Positions 36,044-48,772 of a stretch of 64,000 nucleotides of DNA are shown piece after piece (the first letter of the stretch is position 1; the number at the start of each line of letters is the position of its first letter). The DNA comes from Lepidodermella squamata. Taxonomy: Eukaryota; Animalia; Gastrotricha. A model generated the notes under the pieces. That model did not search any database, was not told the DNA's origin, and saw nothing but the letters and a program-made list of their open reading frames with translations. Location of the stretch: the NCBI GenBank assembly GCA_047495785.1, contig JBLDXI010000007.1, forward strand, positions 2,108,001 to 2,172,000, written 5' to 3'. A program made the translations under genes and the position numbers.

Positions 36044-36594
36044 TGACTTTGAATGCTGAGTCATTTTGACAGCAATTTTTCCACTGTCATGGTTTTTTCG
36101 AAGTAAAAAGGCTGGATTATGCAGAGGCCGAATCGTGATTTTTTGAACTGTTTCGATTTTTGCTTCAACAGGACGAAAGACGAACTACGAAGAGGGAGCC
36201 AATGAACCGGATGGCTGCAAAATGCGTACATTTTAGATGCATTTTCATTGATAGAGAGGCGCAAAGTGACACCCGTCTGACTCAATGTGAGTTATTTTTA
36301 AAACCCGACATCACTGTTTCAAAAAGAGCCCAAGAAAGTACAACTGTAGCATCTAAATCATCAGCAATCCTACATATCTTTCAGATGACGAAGCACTGCA
36401 TCCGGAAACCAACGTTTTTGTGGATTTTTTGTTAACGCAGGTGAAGCTTTTATTACTCACGAATTGGTAAGAAATTCATATGCTTTAGCACAACAATTTA
36501 ACCTCAGCACGACAGACAGACATTTTATGGTATATAATCGCGCGAAGCGGCATTTACGCATGAAGTTTTTCAATCGGTGCTGAGACATTCTGAG

Positions 36595-36885
36595 ATGAAA
36601 GAACCACAGGAAAAGAGCTCCACTTCAACAGCTATCAAATCAATATCAGACGGTTCGTACAACATCGACACTATTTCACGCGAATCGCTGGATAATGCAT
36701 TCAAACCTGTCAATAATCCTACCTACATCATCAGATTGAGTAGTCATGACAACTTGGTATCTACCTCAAAAACCGACCACAGCAGGCTATGGCACCACCT
36801 AGTTGTAACTTTACTGGTGTTTACAATTTTTTTGGTTTTAACTGCAGTGATCACTCTTGTTTTGATCCAATATAATTTTCAATAA
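36595..36885 (+). CDS. Small tail-anchored membrane protein
   Basis: Hydrophilic N-terminus and a single C-terminal TM. The stop codon lies within AATAAA. Confidence 0.55.
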   Translation: MKEPQEKSSTSTAIKSISDGSYNIDTISRESLDNAFKPVNNPTYIIRLSSHDNLVSTSKTDHSRLWHHLVVTLLVFTIFLVLTAVITLVLIQYNFQ

Positions 36886-37333
36886 AACAACTGATTGCAT
36901 TTTATTCCCACAGAAGTATTCCCACTGTGAAAGGGAAGCAAATATTGGGTTGTCTCATCTCGATCTATTGATTTGCGCAAATTCAAAACCATATATTGAA
37001 TCGCGTGCTCTGGGCAAATTATACATGTTGACAGATCTGTAGAGTTTTGCTTCATGAGTGGGAGATCAAAACGGAACCGCCACTCCACTACCGGTCTTCA
37101 TTCAGCGGAGGCGCATAAATAATCTCAATAAAACAAGTGGTCACAAAATTATGTATGATCAGCCATCACCGGATGAAAGCTCGTTCTGATTTGCATAGAC
37201 CAATTCAATAGGAAACTTGGATTTTTACATTTTTCTCCGAACCCGTAGCAGAATGCATTCACAATCTTTATCAGCTATGAATTAGCGTGAGAGCAGTTGT
37301 TCACCTTACTAGAAGAAGAACTAGATTAACTAG

Positions 37334-39018
37334 ATGAAGAAAGTTTCGAAGATTTTTATTGTGATCGGGGCCGAAATTGTTTTATTCATCGGACTTTTGG
37401 CCATCGCAAGCATAGACACATTGGACGAGAATGTCAGTTTCATGTCACTAAGCACCAGCAGCCCGCGCCTGAATTCTCGTAGCAGAAAATTAGCCAACAA
37501 CTCTTTAGCTTGGGGTGCCATGTCTGGGCGATTCGCTGCGTATGACGCAAAACGGCGTCAGTTTAACAAATTTTACTCTGCTCGTAAGTTATCCAGCAGG
37601 GATTTCAAGGCCCAGCCTGTTGTGATCGGCAACTCAGATTCAGTTACGATCGCTCAAGAGGTCACTGATTGCGACATCAGGTAGGCATACAACATCTGTC
37701 ACAATATCATTTCGAATAATTATGGCTTCTATAAGGTGTATCTTATTGCCCTCGGTAGAACAAGAGGTAGTAACTGGTGAGCAGCCTGATATGGACGCAG
37801 CTTTCACCCTTTGGCCCTTCGAAAATCGATCGACTGTGTTATCCGTGTATCGTTCGATGGAATCAGCAGCATACGTTAAATTGAATGACCTCGAGACTGC
37901 CAGGCGGCTTTTCGATGTTGTGATGACTGTTCGCCTCGACAGCGACGTGCCAGTTCCTTACTTTTCATGGGCTCTCCACGACTACATGGCTCCTCCGAGG
38001 CGAAAATCAGCCATCGCTCTATCGTCTGCTTTCATTTCAAACTGTGATGCAATGAATTTCCGATTGAAAGCTGTTGAAAATCTTCAAAGTATATCTCCAG
38101 TATTGGTCGATTTTTTCGGCGGCTGTGCGCAGTCACTATACAGACGTAGGCGCAACGCCCTGTATGAGCAGAAAGAACATATCATCGGTAGATACAAATT
38201 TCACCTAGGTATGCCAGGAATTAAGTTGGATTTTGATTGCTTAGTTTTTCTGTTTTGCAGCATTTGAAAACTCGATCGAGACCGATTATGTAACTGAAAA
38301 GTTCTTCCAGGCCCTAAAAGAAGGCACTGTGCCTGTGGTCATTGGTGCGCCTAATATCGCAGATTTTCAACCTTCGAATCAATCAGTACTCGTTATAAAC
38401 ACCTTGGAAGACGTTCAAGCCGTAGCTAATCAAATGATCTCATTGTCGCAAGATGACTCGGCTTATGAAGCCTACCTATCCTGGAAAACAACCGGTCCAT
38501 CTGCTCAATTCCTGGCCCTTGTAGACCTTGCTAATGTTCACTCGAATTGTCGACTATGCATCCATGTGGCTGATCGCATTCGGCAGGCTGAATTTAAGCA
38601 AATTTCAGCCTCAGGCTGCATGTCTTACGGTAGTCCGTATCATCTTCATTTCTTTGTTCGAGAGCGTGGGAAATTCGACTTTCTCGACGCGTTCGTCTCA
38701 ATTGAGCAAGTTAATCTCGATAGCATTCAAACCGCTATCTCAGAAGCTTTTAGCTTCAATTCTGAAAATGACCCACTACAGCCGTTTTTATATCGACCAA
38801 TCTGGAGCAACTTTCGCGACGAAACAGGAAGAAGGTTAAACTCAACTATAGCTCACCCACGTTTCAAATTATACAAAATTTACGAGGCTCTCGGGCCTGC
38901 TCAACTAGCAAATCAAAGAGGTGCTTTGTACGGCGATGATGCTTTGGACTCTGATGTAAAGGTGACGCATTTATTTCAAAATCGTGAATGTATCTACCTT
39001 GAAGCAATTCTAATATGA
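37334..39018 (+). CDS. Plant-type core alpha-1,3-fucosyltransferase (GT10) copy 2, intact; exons 37334-37680, 37736-38208, 38261-39018
   Basis: Type II TM, SVYRSMESAAY, DSDVPVPYFSW, AFISNCDAMNFRL, YKFHL|AFENSIETDYVTEKFFQAL, GAPNIADF, WKTTGPS..F.ALVDLANVHSNCRLCI, VRERGKF, LYKIY, CIYLEAILI*. Confidence 0.9.
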
Positions 39019-39080
39019 GTCAAACATTAAAATTGGCGGCGCCTGTAAGCATTTAATGCCATTTTTCATTCGTGAATGAG

Positions 39081-42000
39081 TCACTTGGGCAAACTGGAGC
39101 TGGAGCTTGGCTCCGAGTCTAAACCTGTTTCTTTAGAGCCAGTGTTGAGGGAACCGGGCTGAGAGTCGAATTTGGATCCTGGCTGTGATGGAGGCTGGGA
39201 ATCATTGTTCGGAGCGGGAGTAGAAATCTCTATCTTTGGCATATCTTTATTGTTAATACGTCTCTTCGGTCGAGTTTGAAGATAATAGCCTTGCCGGAAC
39301 TGCAATGACGAACAAATTGGAATGATAATGCAAATAGGCCTAAAACAAACTTACCTTAGGTAAAAATACTGTCCCTAGGCTTATGCACACGATAACAACG
39401 GAAGTGAATGCGATGCCGGTTTGAACAACACTTCCGTTGTTGTTGAAGAAACAGGCAAGGAGAGTGGTTGCGGCAAGTACGAATATGCAGGTACAATAAG
39501 CGGATGTCGACACCAAGTGCAAATCATTCATGTACTCCAGTGAGCTCTGATGAATTTTAAAATAGTTGGATATCATTACTCAACTAAATTCCTTACCGTT
39601 CGAAGATAGAAAGCAAGTGGTATTTGCCTTAAAAGCAATATGGCGTAAATTGTAGCGAAGAGCCCGAGCAGAACGTTTGACGCAAGAGTCGGAGGGAGGG
39701 CACAGACCCTGGTATAATGCTGAATTCGAATGCTATCAACTGCATTTTCGAAGTAATTGTCCACAACTGAAACAGTAAGAGGCTCTACGGTAAACCAGAT
39801 GATACTATAAACCAACATGATCGAAGGGCCGATAGTGCATAGCGGTCGCAGCTTCTTTTTGTAGTCTTCAACACGCTTTCTCTCCCGCTGCTTGAGCGCC
39901 TCTAGATGCGTAGAACGCTGTTTCGATGACCAGTTGCTGTTGAATTTCATTCTTTTTGCTGATTCAAACTTCAGAGTAATAGTTTCACGGATCCAAATAG
40001 CTGCCATCATTTTGACTGACATGGCTGTTATAAGATTGATAAGCCCGATGTTGAGTAGACCAATTGTTGCCATGCACCTTGTCGAAGTGACATCCTGAAA
40101 CTCCGCTGGCGTAGCTAAAACGCCCAGAAGCAAAAACGTATCACTCATTAGAATCTGATAGTTTTGCAGCGGGAATGAGTTCAAAACTGCGCGGTTCTTC
40201 TGGCGAACTTTGACTGCATTGATAGCCGAAATGCAAAAGATTCCAACAAGCAAAGTGGCTGCGATAACTATTGGATTTCAAGAACATTATTGAACAAGAA
40301 ATATTTGGTATATGGACTTGCCTAGCAATATTGTACGGATTGAAGGAGAGATTAAATTATTGCCGATAACAATAGTTCGAATGGAATCATAAGGGGGTTT
40401 GCCTGATTTGGTTTGCCAGATGACTTTTCCTGGGGTATAAAACCACTTTCCTGAGTAGTTCCTCCAGTACGACCCGACCTGCTCAACTTGGATCGTTTCT
40501 ATCAAGTTACTTGTCCCATTCGAACGGCTCCTAATCTGATAAATTGTGGCGTTCCTAATCGCCTTGCTTGCACCGGTAACGTTGTCGAATTGCAGATCAT
40601 ACCCTAGCAGGGTTTTGTATCGGAGCCTATGCAATTCATTTTTGAAAGCTCCCTCAATAACTTGACCATTGTCGCGGAAATTCTTGCTGCCAGTTGCCCA
40701 ATCAATCAAGCTTTCGTTCCCTGAATAAATTACTGAGTTGAAAAGTTAAGTAGATAGCTAAAATAACTTGAATTCAAATAAGATTCCGTAGCATTTAGAA
40801 CTAAGCCACTCGCAACGATTTGGCTGTAGCAATAAGTTCTCCACTCCCACCACAAAGAATTCGTTTCTGGACGTTGAATGCTTGATTTCAAGCGATTTTC
40901 GAAGTCCCGAACCGTCATTCCGAGAGAATCACTCTGAGCTCCTAAAGGATCATCATTCGCCGCGGATGAGAAATCATACAGAAAAGTACTAAGCAAAATC
41001 TAGAAACAATAAGATGCCAATCTCCACCGAATCTAGTTGAAATCAACCCACCTTGAGCAGCATTGCCTCTGTGCACCAGCTTAGCTTATGGCTTCGGTCG
41101 TTCGGGTAATAGATTCCGTGGCCTTCTATAAGGAAGACGTAGCCACTTCCCGATATGTTGTAGCGGTGGAACCAGCAAGCAACTGCGGCGGTATGATACG
41201 TGTTAATCAGAAATATGTTAGAGTCGAATTTTATTGTTTCGACTACAGCAGATTCGAAATCCATCGAAGTTGGATCAGCGTCAGCAACCACCTTTGTAAC
41301 TCCTGCGATCGATATGTTGCGCAATTTCAGCTCCTTGGTAATGCACCCTTCAACCTGTTGAGCAAAACAAGCATTTTTAACACGTAAAATGGAATTTTGA
41401 AGCCAACTTCTTGCCAATAGCTGGTTGACTCAGATATCACAGCAATTTTTCTCCATCCCATTGAGTTGACGAATTCGGCGAGAGCTTGATAGGTGACTTC
41501 TGCCGGCGGGTTCATTACATAAAGATTGCGATACGCATTTCGCATTGATTGAACCTCACGAACTGGCGATATGGCTGTGATCTGAGATGCATTAAAATGG
41601 GATGAGAAAGCCAAGAAATACTGAAAAATCATACTACCCCAATCATCTGATAATGCTGAAGCATCCGCCCAGTGTATCGATGGAGGGAGCACATTGGCCC
41701 TGTCATAATTGGGACACGGTTGATGCCCTGGTCCTCCGAATTAAACCGTCTAACAATTCGCTCGACGCCAGGGTACAGGTAACACTGAGATCGATCAGAG
41801 TATAACAAAAATTATACAATAGGAAAAAATGCTCACCGTATCATCGATAAGCTCTGCCGCAAGCTCGTAATCAGGAAGAACATTGGCCTGCTCTAGGGCA
41901 TCTAGCCCGATCCGTAAAGCTTCAGTGCATAGTGGTCCTAATGGATATATCGATCCGTCTTCAATGAAAACATAGATTGAGATCATGAAGCAATGTCGAG

Positions 42001-42178
42001 ACGAAGTCCTACCGTAATTAATGGATGCTAAGATGTTCAGTCGCACTTTCCCGCTCCTCAAGCCACCTGAGGATGTTATGAGGCCCGGCATTGGTAGAGT
42101 CCAGTTGAACTTCGAATGCTGAGCTTCGATAACTGTGACGAAAGTCGCGAAGATTAAGATTGTATGACACAAGGTCAT
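39081..42178 (-). CDS. Divergent GABA-B-like class C GPCR; 10 exons, including a GC-AG intron at 40268-40321
   Basis: Signal peptide, LPDYELAAELIDDT|C, TGPMCS, GWRKIAVI, 7TM region, YMNDL, VFLPK, Ser-rich tail. All junctions keep the frame. Confidence 0.82.
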
Positions 42179-43077
42179 TTTTCCAAATTATATTGCAAAC
42201 GACTGGCCGTTTTGCAGGCTTTCTAAGATTATGGGATTCATATTCCGCTGCTCTTTGAAGCTGACAGGTCTTTGCCTCGCATTTAATTAACGTTAATAGG
42301 AAAGTCATTCTTGTTGTCAATTTTCTTGATGGTTCCGCACTTTCCGGGTGTCTTAAAATCCTCCTCAAATTACTTGAACCGACAACCCGATTTCATTCAT
42401 CCTCAAGATTGAACTTGAATATTAATAAGTTCCAAGTTAATTATATCGTTATAAATAAACCCAAGACGTCGGATTGCGAGGTGCGCAGATAATTCGAAAC
42501 GCAGCAGAATGATTGGCCAACGGTTATTGATGCTCGATGAAATGACGTAGGTACCCATTCCTGATGCTGATATTTCTGTATGAATCATGACGCTTGCGTT
42601 CTGCTTTGTAAATTGAAGTCATTGTTGAAAAACTTATTAACGTGGAAGGTGTAAGTTGTTGTCAAATAACGATACTTATGCCGGTATATACTTTTGACCC
42701 CAAGTTCAAAAACTTCGTCACGTTAAAGCTAGTATTATAAATTAGTGAGTCGACTGCTTTGAACAACTATGAAATTTTTAAGGCGACAATTTAATCTAAT
42801 TTAAAGTTTATGAAATATGCCGGGGTCAAACGTGAGTAAATGACTCAAATTTTCATATGATTAAAAGGCACGCCTCTTAGCCATTCTTGTTTGGCTATAG
42901 GACATACTATGATATATACAGTATGCACATACTATGATGAGTAATGTTCACGAAAAATGAACGCCGTTCATTGAGGACTCAATTTGCGGCAATACTTTCC
43001 ACGTTCCTTACACATAAAACGGTTGAAAGATTGCAAATAAAGCTGCTACAAGGAATATATAATAACTTCTCCCAACA

Positions 43078-43401
43078 ATGAGCTCATCTTCCGGCTTTCA
43101 TGCGTCACCTCTGACTCAGGACATTGAGCCGTTCGATGGGATGACAAGCATTTTCCCTGGCAGCAACTTGGATTCAAAGGCTCCAACTGCCGGCGACATC
43201 AATGGTTCCCATATCTTCGTCACTTACCCGCCGAATGATGCCGAAAATGACGATGACATTCCGGATGTGAAGCTCGTCGAAAGCGAAACTGGTTGCAAGA
43301 AATCAAATGTTAAATGCATCATTTTCTCAATCATGTCAGTGTATCTATTGCTCAGCTTTGTTATTATCATCCTTGTCTTACATGGCTATGATTATATATG
43401 A
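43078..43401 (+). CDS. Small tail-anchored membrane protein
   Basis: Acidic hydrophilic N-terminus, C-terminal TM (CIIFSIMSVYLLLSFVIIILVL), TATA-like sequence just upstream, AATAAA at ~43422. Confidence 0.55.
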   Translation: MSSSSGFHASPLTQDIEPFDGMTSIFPGSNLDSKAPTAGDINGSHIFVTYPPNDAENDDDIPDVKLVESETGCKKSNVKCIIFSIMSVYLLLSFVIIILVLHGYDYI

Positions 43402-43702
43402 AAAGCATTTAGGATGCACCCAATAAACAACTAATTACCTAAAATAGGTACATTTGTGCATATTTAGGTATCTTGTATTCAATAAAACGCGCAGATGAAA
43501 TTTCAATGACATTTTATCCTGGAAAAGACCAGGTGGATAGTAAATCTTTTGATCAAAAGAACTTCCATTAATGAAGTTGCCACGCTACAACATGCGCAGT
43601 GCATTGAAAAACCAGGTGCGTATCCCATTTCTGGTTCATCTATAAGACTACACGAACTCGTCCCAATTCTCTCTCATATTTAGAGGTTATGTTAGGCTTG
43701 TT

Positions 43703-44281
43703 ATGGTTGCACCAAACGAGCCTAAACCATCGAGCACTGGCCGGTCCCGAGTCGTTAATGCCGGGTCTAATAACAGCAATGCCTCCCCCAGACTACCCGA
43801 ACCCCCATCCTACAACGACGCCGTTCGAAACCGGCCGCCCTCGATCGCCTACAACGCAACATCCCCGATTCAACCGCAATATCCGACACCCGGGTTCTTC
43901 TCACCCTACCCAACCTATCAGCAAATGGGGCAGAACCCTCATATGATGACACCCCATGGTCGCATGTCGATGATGGCGGCTAGTTACGGCGCCGGGATAG
44001 CGCCGTATCACGACGAGCTTGAAGCGGCGGGTGGTGTGGTTGTAGTCGATGACCCGCAAATTCTAGGCATGCGCCGCGCCGCGCTGCCCCTCGCAATAAT
44101 TGCGCTCATCTTGTGCGCGTGGCCGTGCGCCATGCCGGCGCTCATTTTCGCATGCCGACCGCCCGGCGTCGCTTCCCGCAACGAATACCGATTGGCAATC
44201 ATCCTGGCTGTGCTCGGCATCGTCGGCGGCCTTATCACAGCCGCCCTACTCGTACTCAGATTTTATTTTAGATATTGGTGA
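43703..44281 (+). CDS. Dispanin/CD225 (PRRT-like) proline-rich membrane protein
   Basis: PPSY (PY) motif, P/Q/Y-rich N-terminus, LAIIALILCAWPCAMPALIFA, then a second TM. Confidence 0.7.
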   Translation: MVAPNEPKPSSTGRSRVVNAGSNNSNASPRLPEPPSYNDAVRNRPPSIAYNATSPIQPQYPTPGFFSPYPTYQQMGQNPHMMTPHGRMSMMAASYGAGIAPYHDELEAAGGVVVVDDPQILGMRRAALPLAIIALILCAWPCAMPALIFACRPPGVASRNEYRLAIILAVLGIVGGLITAALLVLRFYFRYW

Positions 44282-44313
44282 ACAATATTTCAGTAAAAAA
44301 ATGAATGATTTTA

Positions 44314-46311
44314 TTATTTCTTAATCGTTATGCTGAAAGCTCCGTTTGGCTCATATTTAATGTTAATTTCAAAGGGCACCGCATTTTGCCCGGTTGGCAT
44401 GTTCAATTGCGCCAAAATTTCGCCGATATTAACCGAAGATTTTGACGAATTTCCAGGTAACAAAATAGATTGTTCGACTTTCCTGCCCGAAGAAAGGTCC
44501 AAACAGCCATCACTTTCTGATTGATTATTCTCAGATTCTGAGTAACAGCGACTAGTAGACTCGATAGTAGGTTCCGCATCGCAGCTTAATCTCATTTGCT
44601 TCGGAGAAACTGGCTCGAAATTCGGCTGGGTGCTGTCGCAACTTGAAGATGACCCGTCCAAATTGTCGCGTGAATTTCGGTTTTTCGAACTTTGCTGCTG
44701 CCCATCCAATCCGCATTGGGTGTGTAGTTCGCGGACAAATCTTTCGAGGGAGTGGATACCGGCTGGAGAATCGGCGAACCATCGATCGGTTTCGCGGCGA
44801 ACATTCAAGGGTCGGGCGAAGAACCAAGGCTTTTGAAGACTTTCTGGCGGTACTTTGGACATGTAAAATTCGAAAAGGCGAACCAGACAACTGTCGTCGT
44901 TGTTGTAGCTGTCGGAGAACGGGTACACATCGACAAACTATGACAAAAAAATAGTTCTTTGGTCAACAAAATTAGTTGATAATTATTCATGATTGTTTAG
45001 ACACGAAAAAGGGTTCAGTAAATCTAAAAAGAGAGACGAAGTCACATCTCATGGCCAGAAAAATTGTAGAAAAGTTCATAAAATCCCGATAATAGCATTC
45101 AAGTAAAATACCGAAAATTACCGAACCAGTTACCATGGGGTTTTCCGGGTTTTTTTTATTTCTCCGTTTAAATCGCCGATAAAAGATGGAATTTTCTCTC
45201 AGAAGGTTTAATCAACAAAATTACCTGAATTTTCCTACAAAAAGTTACCAAATTAAAAAAACTGGGTCACATAGGAAAATCGCCGATTCTTCAATTTTAT
45301 GTTTCTAAGGTCTAAATATTATTTGCAAGTGAGTAAAATTCAGGTTTCAACCCTAAATTTAAGCACTTGATTTTCCGATATTTTGCTATTTTGAATTTTC
45401 CGTTTGTTTATTGATAATGTTTTACTTCAGCATCCTGGTACCCTCAGGCTAGATGTCCAACATTTTTCAATTTTTTAATTTTAAAAATTAAGGAAAAATT
45501 GAATTTCAAGCTGTAATTTTTTTGTGGCTCACATTTTTCTCAGGTTTCCATTTTTCGATGAGACAATCGGGGTAGGTGATCCGCAAAGCTTTGCCAAGTT
45601 CCAAATCGACAAAATCGAAGTGCCTAAATTCGAAATAGCGCAACTCCTCGCCGCTTTTCGCACCGGTGAACAGCCCAATTTTGTAGATCAACGAAGTGAT
45701 CAGCTGGTTCGGATCCGATTTGCCGCATTTCACGACTCCCCTCGCCTCAGCAGTATCCCACAGTCGCCTCTTTGAAGCCAGCCGGCTGTTCGGCTGGGGC
45801 GGTGTCGCATTTCTCAGCGCGACATCAACTGCTTGCTTGATGGATAAGTAGCTGGGGTCAGTCCGCCATGCGAATTGCCGGCCTTTCTCGCGCAGGTGCA
45901 TCATGAGGCAATCGACCATTTGGCATATGCTACGGCCGTTATAAGGAGTGCCATCAGCTCGGCGGTTTTCAACAGGAAATCGAGTCATTTGCTTCACGAT
46001 TTGGTCTTCGGGTAGCAGATGGATATCCATTGTCCAAAATTGCAATTCATCTTAAAAAAAATTATTTAAAAAATTATACAAAAAATTGATTTTCAATATT
46101 TACCCTCAGGAATTTCGTTATCGGGCTTTTTTAGAGTTTCTTGCCGCCAGGTCGTGAAGGAACCAAGAGCGAATTTGATCGTTTTCGCGGTGTTCTTGGA
46201 TTTTCGATTCGTGCTATCCGGCGCATTTTGACAGTTTTGCAATGGGGCAACAGGAATCAATTCGTCAGGGATGGCTTCTTCGGGTTGTTGTTTGACTTCA
46301 ACTTTCATCAT
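44314..46311 (-). CDS. Domesticated Crypton-derived DUF3504 protein (ZMYM/QRICH1/KCTD1-like); exons 46311-46104, 46050-45533, 44937-44314
   Basis: NTAKTIKFALGSFTTW, RRADGTPY, DPNQLITSLIYKIGLFTGAKSGEE, CLVRLFEFYMSKVP, FFARP, WFADSPAGIHSLERFV..L..QCGL. No HxxR or catalytic Tyr region follows. Confidence 0.82.
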
Positions 46312-48676
46312 GTAAAATTCTATTCCAGGGTTTTAGCTATTAAGAATAAATTTGAAAAAATTAACAGCATGGATAAAAATAGTAGAAAATAATTTTTCTG
46401 TAGATAAATGACAGACGACTGCGAAGGCTACGACTTATCCTAAATCGGCGTAGCAGATGATGCTGAACTTGATAGTCGCGTGTGTGAATTAATCCAATAT
46501 GGCGGGCATTTTTCAGCTAAAAAAAAATTTATTCATCCATCTCAAATATTTGTGGATTATTTTTCAATTTGAGACACGCCGTTATAAAAATTCGATTGTT
46601 CAAGGACATTTATCAGTGCGTTGTCACCCAAAAATGTGTGACGCAACATAAACCATAAGGGCCAATTTTATTAACTTGCTAATTATTTGAAGCAATTTGA
46701 AAAAAAACAGGTAAAATTGGTTGAATCAGAAAGTAATTTTTCTTTTTTTCAATCATTCATTTATATTAATTCGGAACCGCTCCTCTGAAAGTTGGGGCGT
46801 GTGATATGGTCGCCTCGGTTTTGTTGACATTAGCCCGTGATTTTTAATCACGTCGCCTCGCCAGGTGCGTGAGGTGCAAATGCCAAACCCACAACAGCAG
46901 TGAAGTTGATGCTTAATCGCCAATTAATCGCCCGCAAGAGACGCGCGCCAACGCGTCGCTGAGTGGGCGACTCGAACCAACCCGCTAAATGTCAATATTT
47001 TAAACATCGCGTGCTGGCAAACAAAATCTTGGCGTGTTTTCGTAGCGCGATGGTTGTTGTAATTAACCAGACACACCACCGAAATTCCGCATGTTATGCG
47101 GCTCCCATTAGTCGCGGTGTTTTCCTGGTTCTACCAGTGTGGTGAGAGTTTTGTTTTTCCACGTCTCGGTATTCGTGAAAGTTGCTCAGGTATTTGCTTA
47201 AGGTGTTGCCTTTTTCAATTTATTACGCCATCTTTCCTTTCATCTTTCAACACGCCGCGCACTTCCGCACTTGGCGCGCGATAACAATAAAAACGACTGA
47301 TGTGACCCAGATATGAGATAACGCAGCGGCCTATATAGATACAAAATTTTTATTACTATTCCATCGCGGTTATTATTAGACCTGTTCGTCGTCGTATAGT
47401 AAGTAGTTGCCGTCTTATTTTCACCAGCGAAACAGTAGATCTTTTCTTGCTTCGACAAACACGCACTTGAGGCTTGTTTCTTCAAGGTCAGGCTCTTTAT
47501 TCGCCGGGCGATAGCTGATGATGACGAAGAAGCCTTGTACCCGCTAAACATACACACATATACGGCGACCATTATTTGACCTTACCTGCGTTTTACCTTC
47601 ACGCAAACACATATCGCAATAATAAAACACGCTGCATGCATGTAAAAATACTAATATTATTATTTACCACCATGGCAGGCCTACCTACTACTACGACTAC
47701 TAGCAACTAACCAACCACAATAATGTTACTCAGTCTTATATCTGAGTTGTGTGTGTTATTCCTCGATGCCTTTTTACGGCTGCGACCATCCGCCCGCTTG
47801 TCTAATAATGAGACATTAGGCCGGCCGTTCCATCTCCAGCCGCCACCGCCGTGTCCCTACTACATTTATGATTATTTCTTATTCTCGTCGCCGCCACTGT
47901 CGTATTTACCTGTTTGCCGCGTCTCAGCATCAGGCAAGAAATAAGTATAGGCAAATCCGTATTTAGCACTTGAATCTCTCGCCGAAGACTCGAGTTCAAT
48001 TAACTATCGATTTTAAATCCGACAAAATTATTTCCGGTCTCAAATTTCAAGTGCGATGACCCCGTGCTGAGTGCCGCTCTGCTATTATTATCAGTATTTG
48101 CCGTCGCTTGCCACACGTCACTGATGGCAATGTATAGCGAGGGCCACCTTTCTGCTCTGTGTCTTTATTCTCTCGCCTCTCTTTAGAATTTCTCACACAC
48201 ACACACAGAGGGCGGGCGTTGTTATTACGCTTGCGTTAAGCTGAATGCATAACCAACAGAGTCTTATTAAACTCGTCTTCATTCACCTCATTCGCCTGTA
48301 TTCTTGACAATTAACCGACCTAGGTAGGCTTTTATTCATCTTTCTTGCTCACGGCTCTCATCTTCTTGATTTTTTATTAAAATTTTCCAGGTTTTAATTG
48401 AAGAAATAATTTAATGAGAACATTTTTGTTTGGCCGTAATCTTTTTATCTTAAGGTTTGCTTAGCAAATATTTCCCTAATTTATTTATTGATTTTTAATT
48501 GGAATATTTGCGCAAATTATAGCGCTAATTTTTGCGATTAATAATTGAGGTAAAACATTATGTTTTCCCAGAATTTTTGAGATCAGTCATTAATTACCAT
48601 TAAATCAATCGATTTATGTTTATACCCCGGTAGTCTAAATAGTAAATGGTGTTTTAATCAAAACTAGTGCAGAAAA

Positions 48677-48772
48677 GCGCCCCGGCACAGGCGACCCGGA
48701 AAACCAGACAACTGAGAACCCTTGCAAAGGGCTCCCGAAGCCGGTTTCCCGGGCCCGCCTGGGCCGGGGCGC
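48677..48772. repeat. GC-rich 96-nt imperfect palindrome (hairpin)
   Basis: gcgccccggcacaggcg pairs with cgcctgggccggggcgc. Inner stems are cccgg.aaacc/ggttt.ccggg and gag..ccctt/aagggctc. Confidence 0.75.

Noticed and set aside
36170-36435. Possible small spliced gene fragment between the dispanin and tail-anchored genes
   Set aside because: Plausible splice sites exist, but there is no clear start or recognisable domain.
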